64,000 nt of DNA. Source: a bacterium. GTDB lineage: Bacteria; Patescibacteriota; Minisyncoccia; UBA6257; WO2-44-18. Of this stretch, positions 19,660-28,972 are shown piece by piece. The notes beneath the pieces are model-generated. The model saw only the letters and a program-made list of their open reading frames with translations. It searched no databases and was not told the origin of the DNA. The stretch lies in contig JAUYHP010000031.1 of assembly GCA_030689595.1 (NCBI GenBank), positions 22,666-86,665 of the forward strand, given 5' to 3'. How positions within the stretch are numbered: the first letter of the stretch is position 1; every line of letters starts with the position of its first letter. The translations under genes were made by a program, and so were the position numbers.

Positions 19660-20154
19660 ATGAATGAGGAAAGCCAAAATTTAGACAATTTTATGGAGCC
19701 GGATGAGCCGGTTGATTCAGAGGTAATCGCTGATATATCCGACAACGATGTCGAATTAGCCAAAGCCAGCTCGTCGGTAGTAAAAAAGAGAGCGACTCCA
19801 GACCTTTCTGACTTAGATGATGGCGAAGGCCAACTTACTATAGATGTTTTTCAGACACCGCAAGAGATAGTCGTCGAGTCACCTATTGCTGGCGTAAAAC
19901 CAGAAGATTTGGATGTCCAAATAACCAGCGAATCGGTAACTATTAGGGGTAGGCGTGAAAAAGAAAAAGCCGTCAAAGAAGAGGATTATTTCTATCAAGA
20001 ATGTTATTGGGGTAGGTTTTCGCGCTCAATTATCTTGCCACAGGAAGTGGACGCCGATGAAGCTAAGGCCAATCTTAAAAATGGAGTTCTGACTATAAGA
20101 TTACCTAAAATCAATCGCCAGAAAGTAAAAAAGTTGAATGTTAAATTCGACTAG
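19660..20154 (+). CDS. Hsp20/alpha-crystallin small heat-shock protein
   Basis: alpha-crystallin-domain pattern ...VKPEDLDVQITSESVTIRG...GVLTIRLPK. Confidence 0.8.
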   Translation: MNEESQNLDNFMEPDEPVDSEVIADISDNDVELAKASSSVVKKRATPDLSDLDDGEGQLTIDVFQTPQEIVVESPIAGVKPEDLDVQITSESVTIRGRREKEKAVKEEDYFYQECYWGRFSRSIILPQEVDADEAKANLKNGVLTIRLPKINRQKVKKLNVKFD

Positions 20155-20178
20155 GCACTGGCGACTGATCTGATAGCC

Positions 20179-20703
20179 ATGATTGAATATTGCACTGAAG
20201 CCATAGTGTTGGCTAAGGAAGATGCTGGCGAAGCTGATTCGCGAGTTTTTTTATACACTCCCGATAATGGCCTTATTATCGCCAAATCCAAAAGCACTCG
20301 TAAAATAACCTCTAAATTAGCTGCCCATCTAGAGCCGCTAAATTGGTCAACGGTTCGTTTGGTTAATAATAAGTCTTGGCAAATTGTTGACGCCCTAAGA
20401 ATGAAGCGACTATCTAATCTAAGATTTTTAGAAGTATTCCGCCTAGTCAAAGAGGTGTCGGCTGCTGAACAGCCAGATCAATGGATGTGGCAATTACTTA
20501 AAACTCTTTATGATGACGACTACAATGCGGCCGCCGCTATTGCGGCAGTATTAAAGATAGCTGGCTTCGATCCCCAGGAGGCAACCTGCCACAGCTGCCA
20601 ATCCGAACAACCGAATAGCTTTTTATTAAATAGCGCTAAATATATCTGCCAACAATGCCTGTATCTTAGCGGCGACTCAGAACCTAGCTTTAAGTGGTCA
20701 TAA
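20179..20703 (+). CDS. recO: DNA repair protein RecO-like (short form)
   Basis: N-terminal OB-fold pattern AIVL..D.GE.D..V.L.T...G...AKSKSTRK, C-terminal Cys4 finger CHSC...CQQC. Confidence 0.5.
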   Translation: MIEYCTEAIVLAKEDAGEADSRVFLYTPDNGLIIAKSKSTRKITSKLAAHLEPLNWSTVRLVNNKSWQIVDALRMKRLSNLRFLEVFRLVKEVSAAEQPDQWMWQLLKTLYDDDYNAAAAIAAVLKIAGFDPQEATCHSCQSEQPNSFLLNSAKYICQQCLYLSGDSEPSFKWS

Positions 20704-20735
20704 AGTTTATCATATTAAAATAGACCACAACTGAT

Positions 20736-22451
20736 ATGAATAAAAAGAAGATTATTTGGACAATTAGTATTGTAGCCGTAATATTAATAGCCGTTTTCGG
20801 TTTTATGTGGCTGCAATCTTTGCGCGGCCGCAATTTAATGGTCAGCTTCACCAGCCCTGACGACGTGTTAGTCGGTGTGCCGTTTGTAGTTTCTGTAAAT
20901 GTAGTTAATGATGCTGGCAATATTCTCAAAGATGCCAGCTTAACATTAAGCCTACCAGACGATGTCAATTTCCTAGGCAGCGGCGCCAATAAGCGAACTG
21001 AATCCATTGATTTGGGAAATCTTGGAAGCGGCACGTTGCTGAAAGAGGATTTCCAATTGATAGCCCTAGGTGAGGGCAGTACAATTAAAAAGATTGAAGC
21101 TGTGGTGACTTATTCCCCCGGAGCAATCTCATCCAAATTTGAAAAAACGGCCAATCTAGACTTAGTGGTTAAAGACCTTGGTCTAGCATTAGACGTCTCA
21201 GCGCCGGTTAAGGTGTTCAACGGTGAAAATTTTGAGATTAAAATATCTTATCGCAATGCCTCCAATATTGATTTTAACGATATAAGCCTCACCATCAATT
21301 ACCCACCAACTTTTAGTTTTAAATCTGCCACCTTAAAGCCTGATGCCTCTAATAATAGTTGGCAGTTAGGCGACCTGCGCAGCGGTTCTGAAATGGAATT
21401 CACCATAACGGGGACGGTGGTTGGCCCAGCCAATGCTTTCTTCGAATTCCCAGCTATATTAGAAACTGGCTTCTTGGGTAAGCGTTATGCAGTTTCTATT
21501 AAATCAGCTGCCCTATCTATAGCCCCGTCGCCACTAGCACTGAACATTGTGCTTAATGGAAACAATAATACCATCATCTATCCCGGCGACACCTTGGTTT
21601 ATAAATTAAATTATGCCAACAATACCGATATTGGATTGCGTGATGTAATTATTGAAGCACAATTATCAGGATCGTTGTTAAACCTATCTACTTTGATTAC
21701 TGGTGGCGTGCTTAGATCGGCCGATAATACAATTATCTGGAACGCATCCCGCGTGTCGGAGCTTAAATCGATAGCCCCGGGTGGTTCTGGTTCAGTGGAG
21801 TTTCGCGTACAAACAGGAGACTATCCAATTAGACGCTTAAGTGATAAAGATTTTATCGTTAGCGTAACCGGCAGAATAGAATCACCAACAGTACCCTCAT
21901 TTGTAGCCGCCGACAAAATCATCGGAGCAGCTTTCTTGGAAAATAAAGTCGGTGGCGGCCTGTTAGTAGACGCCCAAGCACTATTTCGCGACGCCGCCTC
22001 TGGCATCTTAAATCAAGGGCCACTGCCACCAAGAGTTGGCCAACCAACCAACTTTACTATCCACTGGCTGGTGAGTAGCTTTGCCACCGACATGCGCGAC
22101 ATAGAGGTCCGAGCATTTTTGGGCGGTAACGTAAAATTTACCGGCGTAGTAAAGAGCAATACCTCTTCCAAGCCAACATACAACGATCGAACCCAGGAAA
22201 TAGTCTGGCGCATAGATAGGGTGGCGGCCAACAAGGGCGTTTTGGGTGAGCCGTTCGAAGCTATTTTCCAAGTTGAAGCCATACCAGCAGTCGACCAAGT
22301 CGGTAGATATATGACTCTGATGCAAGCAACCTCCGCCAGCGGCGTTGATGAGTTTACTGGCGCCCAAGTTGCTAGTAGCGACCTGCCATTAAGTACCAGA
22401 CTAGACGACGACTCAACTGTCAGCGACTCACAGGGCATAATCGCTAATTAA
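20736..22451 (+). CDS. large secreted/cell-surface protein, hypothetical (N-terminal TM anchor, repeated beta-rich modules)
   Basis: signal-anchor IIWTISIVAVILIAVFGF; no enzyme motifs. Confidence 0.5.
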   Translation: MNKKKIIWTISIVAVILIAVFGFMWLQSLRGRNLMVSFTSPDDVLVGVPFVVSVNVVNDAGNILKDASLTLSLPDDVNFLGSGANKRTESIDLGNLGSGTLLKEDFQLIALGEGSTIKKIEAVVTYSPGAISSKFEKTANLDLVVKDLGLALDVSAPVKVFNGENFEIKISYRNASNIDFNDISLTINYPPTFSFKSATLKPDASNNSWQLGDLRSGSEMEFTITGTVVGPANAFFEFPAILETGFLGKRYAVSIKSAALSIAPSPLALNIVLNGNNNTIIYPGDTLVYKLNYANNTDIGLRDVIIEAQLSGSLLNLSTLITGGVLRSADNTIIWNASRVSELKSIAPGGSGSVEFRVQTGDYPIRRLSDKDFIVSVTGRIESPTVPSFVAADKIIGAAFLENKVGGGLLVDAQALFRDAASGILNQGPLPPRVGQPTNFTIHWLVSSFATDMRDIEVRAFLGGNVKFTGVVKSNTSSKPTYNDRTQEIVWRIDRVAANKGVLGEPFEAIFQVEAIPAVDQVGRYMTLMQATSASGVDEFTGAQVASSDLPLSTRLDDDSTVSDSQGIIAN

Positions 22452-22476
22452 AGACTTTTATTAATTTATTACAAAC

Positions 22477-23805
22477 ATGTCAGAAGCGGAAAATAAAATG
22501 GAAAAAATTATAAGCTTGTGCAAAAGGCGTGGCTTCGTTTTTCCCGGCTCGGAAATTTATGGTGGCCTAGCTAATTCTTGGGATTACGGCCCACTAGGTG
22601 TGGAGTTAAAAAATAATATTAAAAATGAGTGGTGGAAGATTTTTGTCCAGCAACGCAGCGACGTCGTTGGTCTAGATGCCGCCTTAATAATGAACCCAAA
22701 AGTCTGGGAAGCTAGCGGGCACCTAAAAGGCTTCACTGACCCCCTAGTAGAGTGCAAAAAATGCCATGGACGCTTTCGCACTGATCAAATTGATATCGAG
22801 GCCGCCTGCGCAAAATGCGGTGCCGAAGCTGATTTTACCGACACCAAACAATTCAATATGATGTTCAAAACTAATCTTGGGCCAGCTGCAGATAGCGCCA
22901 GTGAAGTCTATTTACGACCGGAGACGGCACAAGCTATGTTTGTAGATTTTAAACTGATAGCCGAAACCACCCGCAAGCGCCTTCCTTTCGGCATAGCTCA
23001 AATCGGCCGATCTTTCAGAAACGAGATTACTCCTGGTAATTTTATTTTTCGCACACGTGAATTTGAGATGATGGAAATAGAATACTTCGTTAAAGAAGCT
23101 GATTGGAAAAATAATTTTGAAATGTGGCGCAGCGAAATGGAGAAATGGCTACGACATTTAGGCGTTGACTTAGCTAATATTCATTTCGAAGAAGTTGAAG
23201 AAAAAGATCGCGCCCATTATTCCAGCCGCACTATAGATATAGAATACGACTTTCCTTTCGGGCAAGACGAATTATATGGGCTGGCCTATCGCAGCGATTT
23301 TGATTTAAAAAATCATATGGAAAATAGTAATCAAGATCTTTCCTATACTGATCCGGACAGTGGCGAAAAAGTCATACCCCACGTGATAGAGCCGACTTGG
23401 GGTGTTGATCGCTCGATGCTAGTAGCACTATTAGAAGCCTACCAAGAAGAAGTGGCGCCAAGCGCCGATGGAACAGAAGAACAACGCGTAGTCTTAAAAT
23501 TCCCCAAATGGCTCGCCCCAATTAAGATAGCTGTTCTGCCATTGTCAAAAAAAGAAAATTTAGCCGCAGTAGCCAAACCGCTCTATGAACAATTAACCAA
23601 AAGGTTTGCTTGCGAATATGACGAAACCCAAAGCATTGGCAAGCGCTATCGTCGTCAAGATGAAATCGGCACGCCTTATGCAGTAACAGTCGACTTTGAT
23701 ACGCTGGAAGATGAAGCCGTTACAGTTCGCGACCGAGACACTATGAAACAAGAAAGAATCAAGATCGATGAATTAGAAAACTATTTAGAGGAGCGACTTA
23801 AATAG
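22477..23805 (+). CDS. glyQS: glycyl-tRNA synthetase (alpha2 dimeric type)
   Basis: class II motifs, GFVFPGSEIYGGLANSWDYGPLG N-terminus. Confidence 0.9.
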   Translation: MSEAENKMEKIISLCKRRGFVFPGSEIYGGLANSWDYGPLGVELKNNIKNEWWKIFVQQRSDVVGLDAALIMNPKVWEASGHLKGFTDPLVECKKCHGRFRTDQIDIEAACAKCGAEADFTDTKQFNMMFKTNLGPAADSASEVYLRPETAQAMFVDFKLIAETTRKRLPFGIAQIGRSFRNEITPGNFIFRTREFEMMEIEYFVKEADWKNNFEMWRSEMEKWLRHLGVDLANIHFEEVEEKDRAHYSSRTIDIEYDFPFGQDELYGLAYRSDFDLKNHMENSNQDLSYTDPDSGEKVIPHVIEPTWGVDRSMLVALLEAYQEEVAPSADGTEEQRVVLKFPKWLAPIKIAVLPLSKKENLAAVAKPLYEQLTKRFACEYDETQSIGKRYRRQDEIGTPYAVTVDFDTLEDEAVTVRDRDTMKQERIKIDELENYLEERLK

Positions 23806-23844
23806 CCCCAAATATTAACCCATAACCATAAACTAAAAACCGCC

Positions 23845-25116
23845 ATGAAATATTTTAAAAGAATTGTTTTAAAAAATGGCCTACGCATAATCTTGGCTCC
23901 ACAGCCAAGCAGCTTAGCTACTACGGTATTAGTGCTGGTTGAAGCCGGATCAAAATATGAAACTAAAAACATCAACGGTTTATCGCACTTCCTAGAGCAT
24001 ATGTGCTTTAAAGGCACGACTAAGCGGCCGCAGGCCATTGATATCGCCTCTGAACTTGACGCCCTTGGAGCATCTTATAATGCCTTCACCTCTCAAGAAT
24101 GGACCGGCTATTACGCTAAAGTGGAAACTAACAATGCTGACAAAGCCCTGGATATAATTAGTGATCTATATCTAAACCCAACTTTTGCCGCCGCCGAAAT
24201 CGAAAAAGAAAAAGGTGTTATTATCGAAGAGCTTAACATGTACGAAGACACGCCACAGCGCAAAGTGCACGACCTCTTCTCAACAGTGCTCTATGGTGAC
24301 CAGCCAGCTGGGTGGGATATTGGTGGGCGCAAAGAGGTCATTAGAAAACTTAATCGCAATAATTTTATAAAATATCGTGATAAGCATTATGTAGCTAAGG
24401 CTACTACGGTAGTTATTGCTGGTGCTATCGATGAAAAATCGTTGTTGCCAAAAATAAAGGACCACTTCATAAATATCAGCTCCGGTCAAAAGTCTAGAAA
24501 AATAAAAACCATCGAGATACAAGCCCGCCCGAAAAGCTTAGTTAGATTTAAAGAGTCTGATCAAACACATTTAATTATCGGCTGTCGAGCGTTCAACGCA
24601 TTTGATAAGAGACGGTATGCGCTAGATGTATTAAGCAATATCTTAGGCGGGGGGATGAGCTCGCGACTATTCCAAAAGGTCCGCGAAGAACTGGGCGCGG
24701 CGTATTATATCGGTAGCAACTCAGAACTATTTACGGATCATGGCTATTTTGCAGCTGCCGCCGGCGTCGATCATCAGAAAATAGAAATAGTGATCAAAGC
24801 TATTCTTAAAGAATTCTCAGCACTAACAGACAAAAACGTACCCGCTTCAGAATTACGTCGCGCCAAAGACAGTTTGAGCGGCCGATTGATTTTGGGACTC
24901 GAGACATCAGACGCTCTAGCTATGTTTTATGGTGGGCAAGAGGTTATGAAAGAAAAGATTGTTACACCAAAGGAAATATTACAAAAAATTAGACTAGTGA
25001 CACCAGAAGAAGTAAAAGCAGTGGCTAAATACATCTTCCAAAATAATAAGCTCAACTTATCCGTAATTGGACCATATAAGAATTCAGCCAAGATCGCTGG
25101 CTTACTGAGGCTATAA
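23845..25116 (+). CDS. M16-family (insulinase/pitrilysin-like) zinc peptidase
   Basis: HFLEHMCFKGT inverted zinc-binding HxxEH motif. Confidence 0.8.
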   Translation: MKYFKRIVLKNGLRIILAPQPSSLATTVLVLVEAGSKYETKNINGLSHFLEHMCFKGTTKRPQAIDIASELDALGASYNAFTSQEWTGYYAKVETNNADKALDIISDLYLNPTFAAAEIEKEKGVIIEELNMYEDTPQRKVHDLFSTVLYGDQPAGWDIGGRKEVIRKLNRNNFIKYRDKHYVAKATTVVIAGAIDEKSLLPKIKDHFINISSGQKSRKIKTIEIQARPKSLVRFKESDQTHLIIGCRAFNAFDKRRYALDVLSNILGGGMSSRLFQKVREELGAAYYIGSNSELFTDHGYFAAAAGVDHQKIEIVIKAILKEFSALTDKNVPASELRRAKDSLSGRLILGLETSDALAMFYGGQEVMKEKIVTPKEILQKIRLVTPEEVKAVAKYIFQNNKLNLSVIGPYKNSAKIAGLLRL

Positions 25117-25162
25117 TTGCGCTTTAAGGCCTTCTACCTTATATTTAGGTTATACACTATAA

Positions 25163-26188
25163 ATGGAGCCGCATAATTTCAACATAACCTGGGGAAGTCT
25201 ATGGAAAATACTTTTTATGCTCTTATTATCCTGGGCGCTGTTTCTGGCCATCGATATAGTTTTGGCATTATTTTTAGCCGTGGTGATTTCAGCCGCACTA
25301 GATCCAGTCGTCACTTGGCTAGAAGTTAAAAAAATACCTAGGATATTGAGCACTCTGGGTATATATATAGTGGCGCTTTTTATGTTGGCCCTGCTGGTCT
25401 ATCTAATCGTGCCTATTGCCCTGACAGAATTCAGCAATCTAATCGCCAGCTTAAATGAGAGCATCGGCAATGGCGATCTAGATTTTCTTAATATATCCAA
25501 AGGCATAGAGGTTATAAATCAGTCACTAACTAATGTTAGCAATTTACTACTCGGCGGTGGCCGTTCGTTCTTTGAAATCATATCTAAATTCTTTGGTGGA
25601 CTAGCGTTAACTGGATCGGTATTCGTACTGTCATTTTATCTAACAGTTGGTAGAGATGGCACCGAGAAATTTTTCATCAACATATTGCCAGCAATATATG
25701 AAAATCGAGCCATCGAACTTTATAATCGCATCCGCCGTAAATTGGGGCGCTGGCTACGAGGGCAACTACTCCTAAGCTTGGGTATAGGTGTGCTGGTGTT
25801 TATTGCACTCTCAATTTTGAATGTAAAATACAGTCTAGTTTTGGCGATCATTGCCGCCATCTTGGAGCTCATCCCATATGTGGGTCCAATCTTTAGCGGT
25901 GGCGTGGCAATCTTAGTGGCCTCCACCACCTCTTTAACATTGGGTCTTTATGTATTGATAGTATTTATAGTCATCCAGCAATTGGAAAACCAGATATTGG
26001 TACCGGCTGTGACTAATTTAACCACCAGCCTAAACCCAGTGGTTGTGTTAGTGGCATTACTAATGGGCGCACAGATATTCGGCTTTATTGGGTTGATACT
26101 AGCCGTCCCAGCTGCAGTATTAATACAAGAATTATTAGAAGATTGGGCAGCGGCCAACAAAAAGCGCAGCCGCGGCTTAGGGGTTTAA
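25163..26188 (+). CDS. AI-2E family transporter (UPF0118/PerM-like)
   Basis: 8-TM topology and conserved C-terminal GLIGLILAVP-like segment. Confidence 0.75.
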   Translation: MEPHNFNITWGSLWKILFMLLLSWALFLAIDIVLALFLAVVISAALDPVVTWLEVKKIPRILSTLGIYIVALFMLALLVYLIVPIALTEFSNLIASLNESIGNGDLDFLNISKGIEVINQSLTNVSNLLLGGGRSFFEIISKFFGGLALTGSVFVLSFYLTVGRDGTEKFFINILPAIYENRAIELYNRIRRKLGRWLRGQLLLSLGIGVLVFIALSILNVKYSLVLAIIAAILELIPYVGPIFSGGVAILVASTTSLTLGLYVLIVFIVIQQLENQILVPAVTNLTTSLNPVVVLVALLMGAQIFGFIGLILAVPAAVLIQELLEDWAAANKKRSRGLGV

Positions 26189-26194
26189 AAAACG

Positions 26195-26878
26195 ATGCCT
26201 TATAAAGACGGCAAAATCAGACTTTCGCCCTCGACTTTAAATTTATTTTTAGACTGCCAAAGATGCTTCTGGTTACACCACGTGCGAGGCGTACATCGCC
26301 CCCGTGGTATATTTCCATCATTGCCAAGCGGCATGGATATTTTAATCAAAACTTATTTTGATAAATATAGAAATGTTGGCCAATTGCCACCAGAGATTGA
26401 TGGATCGGTAGATGTAAAATTATTCCCCGATGTTGAAGTCTTAAATAAATGGCGCAACTGGCGCACTGGCCTAAACTATATCGACTCTGATACCGGAGCG
26501 ACACTGGGTGGCGCCCTGGATGATCTGGGCATAAAAGATGGCCTCTATGTTCCACTGGACTACAAAACACGCGGCTTTGACGTTAAGCCCGGCGGCGAAA
26601 GTTATTATAAAAACCAACTTAATTGCTACGGCTTGTTATTGCGCAAAAACGATCTGCCACCAGCCGATCACGCTTACTTGATATATTACATACCCAAAGA
26701 GATCAGCGAAAAGGGCATGGTCAGGTTCGATATAGTGCCCAAAAAGGTGCCCATCGACCCCGACGAAGCCCTTAAAACATTTCAAGAGGCAGTTGAATTA
26801 ATTAAAAGCCCGGCTCCTAGCAAACACACCGAATGTGAATATTGCTCTTGGGGCAGTGGGCTGTTGTTAGAGGATTAG
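26195..26878 (+). CDS. PD-(D/E)XK nuclease, Cas4/RecB-like with Fe-S cysteines (stand-alone)
   Basis: N-terminal CxxC-like Cys (LDCQRC), D...LDYKT (D/ExK) motif, QLNCYG, C-terminal CEYCSW. Confidence 0.5.
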   Translation: MPYKDGKIRLSPSTLNLFLDCQRCFWLHHVRGVHRPRGIFPSLPSGMDILIKTYFDKYRNVGQLPPEIDGSVDVKLFPDVEVLNKWRNWRTGLNYIDSDTGATLGGALDDLGIKDGLYVPLDYKTRGFDVKPGGESYYKNQLNCYGLLLRKNDLPPADHAYLIYYIPKEISEKGMVRFDIVPKKVPIDPDEALKTFQEAVELIKSPAPSKHTECEYCSWGSGLLLED

Positions 26879-26879
26879 A

Positions 26880-28469
26880 ATGAAAGAAGTATTAGAAAAA
26901 TTAATTACTCAAGCCATTGGCCAGAAAGCTGACTTTGATTTAACCGCTCCAGATAAATCTGATTTCGGTGATTATGCCACTAACGTGGCCTTTGTTTTGT
27001 CTAAAGCAGATGGACGAAGCCCTCTATCTATCGCTCAAGAATTAGTTGAAAAGATAAAATCAACCGATAATGGCAAGGTCATAAATAAAGCGGAAGCGGT
27101 AGCGCCAGGCTTCATCAATTTTTGGTTGAATCCAGAGATATTACTACAGGAACTAGCGGATATTCTAGATCAAAAAAATAAATATGGACGATTTAAGACG
27201 GCTACGCCGCAAAAGATACAAGTTGAGTTTGTTTCAGCTAATCCTACTGGCCCATTGACTATGGCCAATGGGCGCGGCGGTTTTTTAGGAGCAACGCTGG
27301 CTAACGTCCTGGAAGCGGCTGGTAATAAAGTTGTACGCGAATTTTATATCAATGATGCTGGCAATCAAGTTAAGTTATTAGGCGAAAGTGTTTTGGCAAT
27401 TATAGAGTCCACCGAGCTCAAAGACGAATATTATAAAGGCGACTATATAAAAAAACTAGCTGATAAATTCAAGAATAAGGCCGGCCGGATTAAAAAAACC
27501 GGAGGCCGCATAGTGGCCGATTACTTACTGCGACGCCATCTCAAGCCATCATTAAAAAATGCGGGTATTAAATTTGACAACTGGTTTTCAGAATATAGAA
27601 ATCTTCACAAAAAGGGTGAGCTGCAGAAAGTCTTAGAATTTTTGGAGGATAAGGGCCTCGCGATTGAGCATGATGGCGCTACTTGGTTAAAAACATCAGA
27701 TATAGCTGACGAAAAGGATCGAGTGTTAGTGAAATCGGATGGTTCGCCAACTTATTTCTTAGCAGATGTCGCCTATCATTACGACAAATTCATCAAGCGC
27801 AAATTTGATAAGGTGATAGATATTTGGGGGGCAGATCATCATGGTTATGTGGCCCGGCTCAAGGCGGGGGCAAAAACGATCGGTGCCGATCCGGAAAAGC
27901 TGGAAATAATTCTAGTTCAATTAGTGCGCTTAATGAAAGACGGGCAAGAATCACGAATGTCTAAACGAGCTGGTCAATTCATAACATTAGACGAGTTATT
28001 AAATGAGGTTGGTAAAGATGCTGCCCGTTTTCATTTTCTGATGTATGCCCCAGAAACACATATGGATTTTGATTTAGAATTGGCTAAAGAAAAATCTCTT
28101 AAAAATCCGGTTTATTATGTGCAATATGCTTATGTCAGGGCATTGGGTGTTTTATCTAAAGGTAGTGGTAGTATCGCCAATCATGCCGGCCTCAAAGAAC
28201 TTTCTAGTGACAGTGAGTTGCGGCTGATCAAGGAATTGATAAAATGGCCCGATATATTGAGGCAAACCACTGAAGACTATCAGATCAATAGGCTACCTCG
28301 ACATGCCATCGATATCTCGCGAGCATTTCATAACTTCTACGAACACGAAAGAGTGGTGTGTGTTGATCCGGCGATCATGAAAGCCAGACTGGCGCTCGTG
28401 TCAGCTACTAAAATTGTCTTGGAGAATGTTTTAAACATCTTGGGAGTTGACCTGCCGAAAAAGATGTAA
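26880..28469 (+). CDS. argS: arginyl-tRNA synthetase
   Basis: FVSANPTGPLTMANGRGG (HIGH-equivalent) and C-terminal DALR anticodon-binding domain. Confidence 0.9.
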   Translation: MKEVLEKLITQAIGQKADFDLTAPDKSDFGDYATNVAFVLSKADGRSPLSIAQELVEKIKSTDNGKVINKAEAVAPGFINFWLNPEILLQELADILDQKNKYGRFKTATPQKIQVEFVSANPTGPLTMANGRGGFLGATLANVLEAAGNKVVREFYINDAGNQVKLLGESVLAIIESTELKDEYYKGDYIKKLADKFKNKAGRIKKTGGRIVADYLLRRHLKPSLKNAGIKFDNWFSEYRNLHKKGELQKVLEFLEDKGLAIEHDGATWLKTSDIADEKDRVLVKSDGSPTYFLADVAYHYDKFIKRKFDKVIDIWGADHHGYVARLKAGAKTIGADPEKLEIILVQLVRLMKDGQESRMSKRAGQFITLDELLNEVGKDAARFHFLMYAPETHMDFDLELAKEKSLKNPVYYVQYAYVRALGVLSKGSGSIANHAGLKELSSDSELRLIKELIKWPDILRQTTEDYQINRLPRHAIDISRAFHNFYEHERVVCVDPAIMKARLALVSATKIVLENVLNILGVDLPKKM

Positions 28470-28579
28470 TTGTATGAGGATTAACCCATGCAATGCGAGG
28501 GTTTTTGTTTATATTGAAAAAAGTAAACGAATAATATATTCTAACAATAACTCAGTTTCTTGATAAAGGAGGCCCAACA

Positions 28580-28852
28580 ATGGTGATTCTTATTACCATC
28601 GCCATTCTATGGCTAGGACTCGGCCTAACCGCCTATGGATTATTTAAAGGAACTTTTATTAATGCGGTCATGATGGGGCAAGACCCCGATCTTAAGTGGA
28701 GACTTGGAGAAGAGCATCTATCCCACCTAGTCGTCCTTATGGGCGCCTATGGGCTTTGGGTGGTAATCAAAAATATTAAAAAAGCTAAAAAAATGTACCC
28801 AGATATGAAAATGGGCTTTAGCTTCTCGATTCCTCGAGAGTTTCAGGAATAA
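28580..28852 (+). CDS. small membrane protein, hypothetical
   Basis: two TM helices; RBS AAGGAGG upstream. Confidence 0.4.
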   Translation: MVILITIAILWLGLGLTAYGLFKGTFINAVMMGQDPDLKWRLGEEHLSHLVVLMGAYGLWVVIKNIKKAKKMYPDMKMGFSFSIPREFQE

Positions 28853-28878
28853 CATTAGGCCATTGAAAGGTGGCTTTT

Positions 28879-28913
28879 GCCCTCCATCGCCCTGGCGAAG
28901 GAGGGCCTTTTTA
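28879..28913 (+). terminator. rho-independent terminator
   Basis: GCCCTCC-ATCGCCCTGGCGAA-GGAGGGC + TTTTT. Confidence 0.55.
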
Positions 28914-28972
28914 TAATTTGCCCAGCGAGAGCATAATAGACGCCGAGTTGATTTTCCATTAACATAGATAAT

